From: an uncultured Methanosarcinaceae archaeon
GTDB taxonomy: Archaea; Halobacteriota; Methanosarcinia; Methanosarcinales; Methanosarcinaceae
Direction: 5' to 3'
Length of the DNA stretch: 64,000 nucleotides
Assembly: GCA_963727895.1 (NCBI GenBank)
Contig: CAVSHT010000012.1
Coordinates: forward strand, 224,001 to 288,000
Shown piece by piece: positions 56,630 through 64,000 of this stretch. Under the pieces are notes generated by a model, which saw only the letters and a program-made list of their open reading frames with translations, did not search any database and was not told the origin of the DNA. Position numbers and translations under genes: made by a program. Each line of letters starts with the position of its first letter. Position 1 is the first letter of the stretch.

Positions 56630-56960
56630 TATGAAAGAAATATAGATATAGATAGCCCCCAGTTACTTCAAAAGGGAACTTTCGTTCCAATATACCTGAG
56701 AAGAAATGCTCCCGAAGAACTGCGAGATAGCGTTTTAGAGACTATGAAACGATTATGAAAAATATTTATACATTTTATAGTAATTTGTTGCAAAAAATGG
56801 TAGTTTTCTTTATATCTCTAAGCATAGACCCCCAAAGATCCTTTATTCTATCAAGAACTATAATGGCAATGGATAAAGGTACAGGACGTTCAGAGTCTTC
56901 TGGTATAGAGATATATACAATGTCAGATATAATAAGATGAGACCTAAGAGAGGGAATCAG

Positions 56961-57751
56961 ATGGAGTCATCATTACTGGATGTTCTCTTTCTTTCAGAAA
57001 AAAGGAAAAATCTACTTCTACTGCTTCTGGATGGACCCAAGAACATCGAAGAAATCAAAAATACACTTGATGTCCGTTCGAGTCCGATAATGACCCAGAT
57101 AAAGATATTGATGAAGCAGGATCTTGTTGTTGAGAGTAGACAGGCTCTACAAACTTTCCAGTATCGGAGAAATTCTGGTTCCGAAGATGAAGACAATTCT
57201 GGAAACGTTCAACGTTTTCGATAAGAACCACGATTATTGGATAAACCAGGATATGACATCAATTCCTCCTGAGTTTCTGGACGAGATTGGGAAACTTGGA
57301 GACTATATCGAAGTAAAACCTGATCGAAACCATGTGTTTGAATATCCGAAAGAAGTTGTAAAACAACTTTCAGAATCAGAAAAGGTGAGGATCTCATCCT
57401 CCTTTTTCCTGCCTATCTATCCATCTCTATGCATAGATCTCGCAGCAAAAGGTACGGATATCACTCTGGTGTTCACAGAATATGTTTACGATAGAATGCT
57501 CAATGATTACAAAAAAGAACTTGAACATTTCCTGAACCTGAAACATACCAAACTTTATGTATGCAATAATAACAATATGAAAATTGCTTCAAGCATAGTG
57601 ACGGAAAAGTTCATGTCGCTCTCTCTCTTCTGTAACAGTGGAATTTATTACAATCATAATCTGGTAAGTTTTGATGAAAGTGCACTCAAATGGGGAAAAG
57701 AACTTTTCGATCACTACAAGAGTTATAGCAAGACCTATTACCAAATTGTGA
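56961..57751 (+). CDS. msrE: ArsR-type wHTH + DUF1724 regulator (MsrE-like by position); frameshifts near 57130 and 57723
   Basis: FLSEKRKNLLLLL and ALKWGKELFDHY; tandem paralogue of the previous gene. Confidence 0.7.
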
Positions 57752-57905
57752 GACGAATCACCAAATTGTTAAATTATCTTCTTTTTGGATTTTAAACCGT
57801 AAGTTTTTAGAATTAATATCGGTTTAATAAATATATTTTCATAACTTTTATTTTCACTTATTTTTGACCAACTTTGTTCTAAAAAACAAGATAAATAAAG
57901 TATAT

Positions 57906-58645
57906 GGCTTTGATACTTAAACATAGTTATATACTATTAGAAAGTATATTTCTTCATGAACTGCCCAAAATGTAATAGTTCCAGTCACAAAAAGAACGGT
58001 ATAGTTGGTGGTTGTCAACGGTACAAATGCTCTGATTGTGGCTATAACTATACAGTAGAGCTAAAATCAACTGCTTTTTCCGCTTTTGTAAAAAGACAGG
58101 CTTTACAACTTTACCTTGAAGGATTGGGCTTTCGCTTAATAGGAAGAGTTTTAGGGGTGAGTCATGTTTCTGTCCAAAAATGAAGAAAGAAATTTGGTCA
58201 AGAGTGAGAGGACCTAAAAAGTGAAAATGAGATATCTATTGTTGAAATGGATGAGATGCACACTTACATTGGTAACAAAAAAAATATTGCTGGATCTGGA
58301 TTGCTGTTGATAGAGTTGGGAAAAAGTTCATCAACTGCTCTTTTGGCATCAGAGGAACGGAAACTGGAAAACTACTCTGGGAAAAATTGAAGAAAAAAGA
58401 GATTGGAGAAGTGATGACCGATCACTGGAGAGCATATGCAGAGTTTCTTCCAGAAAAGATCCATACTCAATCCAAAGCAGAAACGTATACTGTTGAAGGA
58501 TATAACAGCATATTGAGGCACTTTTTGGCAAGGTTGAGAAGAAAGACAAAGTGTTATACGAAGAGTCTTGAAATGCTAAAGTACTCGGTTATTCTATTGA
58601 TGAAATAAAGAAAGAAAGAGTTAACTATGTTTAGTTAACAATACC
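57906..58645 (+). mobile_element. IS1-family element, copy 3 (defective)
   Basis: 8-bp target duplication AAGTATAT at 57898-57905 and 58646-58653; in-frame TGAs at 58181 and 58205. Confidence 0.9.
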
Positions 58646-58711
58646 AAGTATATATCTAAATGTAGATCCCAAAAACCAAAATGATAACAGAATGCAAAAA
58701 ATAAAAATTTA

Positions 58712-58783
58712 CGTCCCGACTGAGACTTGAACTCAGGTCTAAGGCTCCGCAGGCCTCAAGGATATCCACTACCCTATCGGGAC
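58712..58783 (-). tRNA. tRNA-Arg(GCG)
   Basis: GTCCCGA../..TCGGGACG acceptor stem; anticodon arm GAGGC-CTGCGGA-GCCTT. Confidence 0.93.
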
Positions 58784-58954
58784 ACAAGCGAGCAACACTG
58801 ATAAGCACATTCAAGGATATAAACTTTATCCTCAAGAACTGACTAAACTTCAAATTTGCAGCTTGGATCTGCTTAAAAGTTGAAGAAAAACAATCCTGCT
58901 TCTCCGACATCACTATCAATAAAGATTAAATGCAACAAGTTCGTTTTTATAATT

Positions 58955-60143
58955 ATGTCGATGACCATAGGACTTGCAGGAAAACCCAATGCAGGAAAAT
59001 CCACTTTTTTCAAAGCTGCTACTCTTGCAGACGTTGAAATTGCAAATTATCCTTTTACAACTATTAATGCTAATCACGGAGTTACTTATGTGCGGGTAGA
59101 GTGCCCCTGTAAAGAGAAAGGAAAAGAGATGCGGGAAGTGTGTGGACGGAGTCAGACTATGTCCCGATTGATATAATTGACGTTGCAGGTCTTGTTCCTG
59201 ATGCATATAAAGGAAGAGGACTTGGAAATACTTTTCTGGATGAACTCAGGCAGGCTCAGGCCATTATCCATGTAATAGATGCCTCAGGTGGGACCGATGT
59301 CGAAGGCAATCCTGTAGATATCGGAGATCATGATCCTCTTGAAGATGTAGCCTTCTTGAACAGAGAGATTACGATGTGGCTCTATGGTATTCTGGAACGA
59401 AACTGGTTCAAGCTTGCCAGAAAGATCCAGGCCGAAGGACTTAAGCTCGAAGTCGTAATTGCAGAACAGCTCGCCGGAGCAGGAATAAGAGAATCCCATG
59501 TAAACGCAGCTTTGATGGAAACAGGACTTGCAAGGCTAGGACCATGTTAAATGGAGTGAAGAAGATATGATCCGGCTCTGCGACGCAATGAGGGAGATCA
59601 GCAAGCCTATGCTTATCGCCGCAAATAAAGCCGATATCGCCCCAAGAGAAAACCTGGACAGGCTTAAAGATCTTGACAGAATAGTAGTGCCTACAAGTGC
59701 AGCAGCCGAACTGGCACTTAAATCTGCGGCAAAAAGCGGGCTTATTAGGTACAGCCCCGGAGATAAGAACGTTCGAGGTGCTTGGCGGAGACCTTACAAA
59801 AGCTCAGAAAAAAGGGCTTGAAGCTATTCAGAAAGTGATTGAGAGGCTTGGCAGTACAGGTGTCCAGGAATGCATAAACAGGACTGTCTTCGAGCTTCTA
59901 GACCTCATTGTTGTATATCCAGTAGAAGATGAAGGAAAATGGTCCGATAAAAACGGGAATATGCTTCCTGATGCCTACCTTATGAAAAGGGGTTCCACAT
60001 GCCATGATCTTGCTTACCAGATCCATACCGATATAGGGGATCGATTTTTGTATGCGGTAGATGCAAGGACAAGGCTCAGGCTTGGGGAAAAGCATGAACT
60101 GAAAAATGGGGATGTAATCAAGATCATATCCACTGCAAAGTAA
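58955..60143 (+). CDS. ychF: YchF/Obg-family translation-associated NTPase with a TGS domain; three frameshifts (near 59135, 59537, 59771)
   Basis: [28 protein letters not shown] and IHTDIG. Confidence 0.9.
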
Positions 60144-60253
60144 ATAGACCCGAAAAAACCCGGCTCATCTGGAAAAAAATCTGAGTTGATATAATACAAC
60201 GGAAAAGATGAAATAGTGGATTGTTTTAGCTTGTCAGGGAGGATATTTTTCAG

Positions 60254-60929
60254 ATGGATTTATTTTCTTTTGCATATCCGTTCTATGAGAGATTTCTGGC
60301 CTGGCAAATAACCAGGACCTCTTTAAATACTCCCAAGCATGTGGCAATCATAGTCAAGGAAACTGACCTCTTTGATCCAAAAGGAATGGAGAAGCTTCTA
60401 TCCGCTCTTAGCATTTTTAGAAAATTCAGGGTCAGAACTTGTGAGCGTCTATGTGGACATCCTGAAAACGGATCCTTCTTTGAAAGCCGAAATCGCATCA
60501 ACACTCAGAGCCAGGCTGGAAAAGAGCTTTTCTGACCTTCCTGCAGGTACAGGTTATAGAATTCATGGCGTTGACGGAGAAGTAAATAGCACTGCCCCTG
60601 GAAAGGATTTTTTTGTTTATGTATCTCTGGGATTTGGAGGAAGAAACGAAATTACCAAAGCTGTACTGACTATCCTTGGTGAAGTTAAGGCAGGAACTGT
60701 CAGGCCTGAGGAAGTGGATGAAAAAATGCTTGAATCCCACCTCCTTGTCAATCACGAACCTGATATTATGATCCGTTCGGGAGGACAGAATCTTTCGGAC
60801 TTTCTTGTCTGGCAGTCAGTCTATTCGGAATTGTATTTTACAGATGTCAACTGGAAAGACGTACGAAAGGTCGATCTGCTTAGAGTGATAAGGGATTTCC
60901 AGAAAAGACAGAGAAGATACGGAAGGTGA
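60254..60929 (+). CDS. cis-prenyltransferase family protein (NgBR/Nus1-like subunit); frameshift near 60428
   Basis: PKHVAII without the catalytic DGN motif, EPDIMIRSGG, LVWQSVYSEL and C-terminal RxG (RRYGR). Confidence 0.85.
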
Positions 60930-60941
60930 GTTGAACTGGAA

Positions 60942-61470
60942 TTTGAAGACGGGAGCAAAAATTTCCACTATGCAGTAATTGTGTGCCCTAAGTGTCGACA
61001 ACACGCCCAGATCACAGAAACCGGAAAAAAGACCCTGAAATGCCAGCATTGCGGAGCTCTCCTGCAAATCCGAAAATTGAGGATTTTCTACTCCTCCGAA
61101 GCTCTTGAAGACTCAGTGCTTTTTCGGACTCGCCTGCAAGCTGAAATCTCCGGAAAAGGAAACGATATTTTTTCGCTGAGTCTCCTTCTAAAGAATCTGA
61201 GCACTCAGCTCCTGAAACCGAAAATCCGGTAAAAATATTTAAACTTCCTCAGAAAAAAGCCCTTTCATCAACCTCCCCCCTAAAAAAGACCCGAAATCAA
61301 TTCTTCTTGAAATTCTGAAAACCACAGGTGGAAAAATCGAAAAAAAAGAACTCCGACAGAAAGCCCTCGAAAAAGGAATAACTCAAGAAAAATTCGAAAA
61401 AATCCTCAAAAACCTCCTGGAAACAGGAGAACTCTATTCCCCCCAACCCGGAATTATAAAAATTGTATGA
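60942..61470 (+). CDS. Zn-ribbon + C-terminal winged-helix hypothetical protein, frameshifted; start approximate
   Basis: YAVIVCPKC..LKCQHCG; a later frame gives ILKNLLETGELYSPQPGIIKIV. Confidence 0.6.
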
Positions 61471-61941
61471 AACATTATTAGTTTTAATTAAAACTAAAAT
61501 AGACAATAGTCAATAGTCAACGAAGAGTTCCTAACCAGAGCTGGCACAGAAAACACTATATAAAAAATTTGAAAGTTTCTTAACTTAAGCGAGAGAATAA
61601 TACTTTATATACTATTACTCCTCTTCGATATGCCGAAAAACGATCTCTTTTACCCATAAATTAGTCCTCTTGAGCGAAGCAAAGTGCAGCGAAAAGGGTA
61701 GTACCGTCCTCCCTAGACGGGATTCGGGTAGCGGAAAAAGTATTATTTGCAGATACGTGACTCAGGCGAGACAAATTATATTAACTACTAAAAGATTTAC
61801 TTATTAATCTTAAATAAGAATTGAATCCGTCTTGGACAGCCAAAAAAGAACAAGCCGTGTTCAAAGATTATTTAAACATTATATATTTTTGCCACAATTA
61901 CAAGTAGTTCATTTTTATCATGAAGTATAACGGTGTTAAAT

Positions 61942-62913
61942 ATGATGGATCCGCAAATTGAGCGAAAACTCATTGAAATTATGAGGGTGATTCACGAAAG
62001 TGACAAACCTATAGGTGCCCGGGCAATAGCTGATGAACTTAATAACCGGGGCTATGATATAGGAGAGCGGGCTGTCCGCTACCATCTAAGGATCCTGGAT
62101 GAAAGAGGGTTCACAAGCAAACACGGGTATGCAGGACGTACACTTACTGAACTTGGAGAAAGGGAGATGAATGATGCCCTTATCGCAGACCGATTTGGTT
62201 TTGTAATATCCCGAATAGAAGAAATGGCGTTCAGAACCACATATAATCCCGAAACCAATGACGGAGTAGTGCCCGTAAATATTTCATACTTTGATAAGGA
62301 CGATTTAGAGACTGTTATTGACGTGGTTTCTTATACTGCACACCAAGGGTATATGATAAGCCCCAGAGTGAGGATCATTGAAGAAGATGAAGAACTGTTT
62401 TCCTTACCTCCTGGAAAAATCGGAATAGCTACGGTATGTAGCGTTGCTTTTGACGGTCTTCTTCTCAAAGCAGGCATCCCTGTGGAACCTGCCTACGGCG
62501 GAATTCTTCAGATAGAAAATCGAAAACCTGTACGGTTTTTAGATTTGATTTCCTACAGTGGAACCTCAATCGACCCCATACAGATTTTCATGAGCCGAAA
62601 GACTACTTCTGTTCTTGACGTGCTTGAAAAAGGGGAAGGCAAAATCCTTGCCAATATGCGGCAGATCAATTCCTCGGCTTATGACAAAGCCAGAGAAGTT
62701 ATGAAAATGGTAGAAAACGTCGGTCTTGCAGGTTATTTCCCTCCAGGAAATATCGATGACATTTTACTTGGAGCACCTGTTGAGACCGGAAAGTTCGGGA
62801 TTGCAATCGTAGGAGGCATTAACGGTATTTGCGCCCTTGATGAGACTGGAATTAAAATCAAGACGGATCCTGTTTCTACTGTTATGGAATACAGCACCAT
62901 GACAGAAATCTGA
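61942..62913 (+). CDS. nrpRI: Nitrogen repressor NrpRI (wHTH + NRD/DUF128 domain)
   Basis: PIGARAIADEL..IGERAVRYHLRILDERG..LTELG and ISYSGTSIDP. Confidence 0.85.
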   Translation: MMDPQIERKLIEIMRVIHESDKPIGARAIADELNNRGYDIGERAVRYHLRILDERGFTSKHGYAGRTLTELGEREMNDALIADRFGFVISRIEEMAFRTTYNPETNDGVVPVNISYFDKDDLETVIDVVSYTAHQGYMISPRVRIIEEDEELFSLPPGKIGIATVCSVAFDGLLLKAGIPVEPAYGGILQIENRKPVRFLDLISYSGTSIDPIQIFMSRKTTSVLDVLEKGEGKILANMRQINSSAYDKAREVMKMVENVGLAGYFPPGNIDDILLGAPVETGKFGIAIVGGINGICALDETGIKIKTDPVSTVMEYSTMTEI

Positions 62914-62922
62914 GGAAATCTT

Positions 62923-63585
62923 ATGTTCAGACTTACTTTCATCTATGACAATAAAGCTGATCAGGGTTTCATAGGAAGCTGGGGGTTTTCAGTTCTTATT
63001 GAAACATGTCATGAAACCCTGCTTTTTGATACCGGATGGGATGGTCCTCTACTTTTGAGACATATGCAGAGGCTCAAGGTTGATCCTTTTAGCATCAAAA
63101 AACTAATTATTTCTCATCAACATTGGGATCATATAGGAGGCCTTCCCGAGATTCTTCAGGCAAATCATGAGCTTGAGGTCTATGTTCCTGCTTCTTTTTC
63201 GGAGAATCTAAAAAATGAAATTAAAAAAAGGGCTAATTTTATTGAAATAAAAGAAGCTGTAGATATCTCCAAGGGAATAAAGAGTACAGGGGAACTCGGA
63301 GACAAAGTAAAGGAACAGGCGCTGATTCTGGACACAGGAAACGGATGTTATGTACTTACCGGCTGTGCTCACCCTGGGATTGCCGCAATTCTGGATACTG
63401 CCAGTCATTATGGAAGAATAAAAGGAATTATTGGCGGACTTCACGATAATGAAGAATTTGAAAGATTGAAAGAAATGGAGCTTATTGCAGCAGGGCATTG
63501 TACCGCTCATAGAAAAGAGATAAAAGAGTTTTTTCCAGATAAGTTCGTAGAAATCGAAGCTGGCTTATGCCTTGAGCTTAAATAA
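62923..63585 (+). CDS. MBL-fold metallo-hydrolase
   Basis: LFDTG, SHQHWDHIGG, TGCAHPG and GHCT. Confidence 0.9.
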   Translation: MFRLTFIYDNKADQGFIGSWGFSVLIETCHETLLFDTGWDGPLLLRHMQRLKVDPFSIKKLIISHQHWDHIGGLPEILQANHELEVYVPASFSENLKNEIKKRANFIEIKEAVDISKGIKSTGELGDKVKEQALILDTGNGCYVLTGCAHPGIAAILDTASHYGRIKGIIGGLHDNEEFERLKEMELIAAGHCTAHRKEIKEFFPDKFVEIEAGLCLELK

Positions 63586-63762
63586 ATTATTTATCTAGTA
63601 GAACTGATTGTTCCTAATATGTGTGTTTCTAATTTAACCGATTTTTTCTGTTTTATTTTTTTAATTTTTGCTTTTAATCTGATTGAAATCTAGTTCTTAA
63701 AAATCTGGGATCTCAATAATTTTCTATTTACTACTTACTTGAAACAACAATATTAAATTTTA

Positions 63763-64000
63763 GGCTTTGATAATCAACTATAGTTATTTCTTATGAGAAC
63801 CTATATTTCTTCATGAACTACCCCATATGCAATAGTTCCAGTCACAAAAAGAATGGTATAGTTGGCGGGCGTCAACGGTACAAATGCTCTGATTGTGGCT
63901 ATAACTATACAGTAGAGCTAAAATCAACTGCTTTTATCAACTGCTTTTTCCGCTTCTGTAAAAAGACAGGCTTTACAACTCTATCTTGAAGGATTGGGCT
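63763..64000 (+). mobile_element. IS1-family element, copy 4 (partial, defective)
   Basis: Left end GGCTTTG; ATG at 63813 with the first Zn-ligand Cys changed to Tyr; a 13-bp tandem duplication at 63923-63948 shifts the frame. Confidence 0.88.

Noticed and set aside
56755..56940. 61-aa ORF between the two Msr-type regulators
   Set aside because: Overlaps the probable promoter (TTTATAT near 56810) and has no protein-like features

Overview
This is a chromosomal segment of a Methanosarcina species, judged by MC1, the A1AO ATP synthase operon, mtaCB and nrpRI. Housekeeping genes include mptA (partial), argB, RaSEA, guaAB, rps17e-dapA-dapB, pyrBI, an HPS-RraA fusion, recQ, a geranylfarnesyl-PP synthase next to a radical SAM gene, ahaHIKECFABD(G), the mtaCB2-type methanol locus with msrD/E-type regulators, ychF, a cis-prenyltransferase subunit and nrpRI. 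There are three tRNAs, four defective IS1-family copies and one IS630 element. The best candidate for an undescribed system is an AT-rich cell-surface island at about 6.9-20.8 kb. It holds two DUF1616 + CPBP-protease pairs, a small two-helix membrane protein that appears to start at ATA, two C-terminally anchored surface proteins (one with 12 tandem N-G-S sequons), a GT2 lacking its DxD motif, a sugar epimerase and a DUF1624 acyltransferase. Other points of interest are a peptide-GFPS-radical SAM trio, a hairpin array between atpK and atpE, several small ORFs below the track cut-off, and a cluster of insertion frameshifts at 47-61 kb that is probably an assembly artefact. All family and gene assignments come from recognising motifs by eye; no searches were run.
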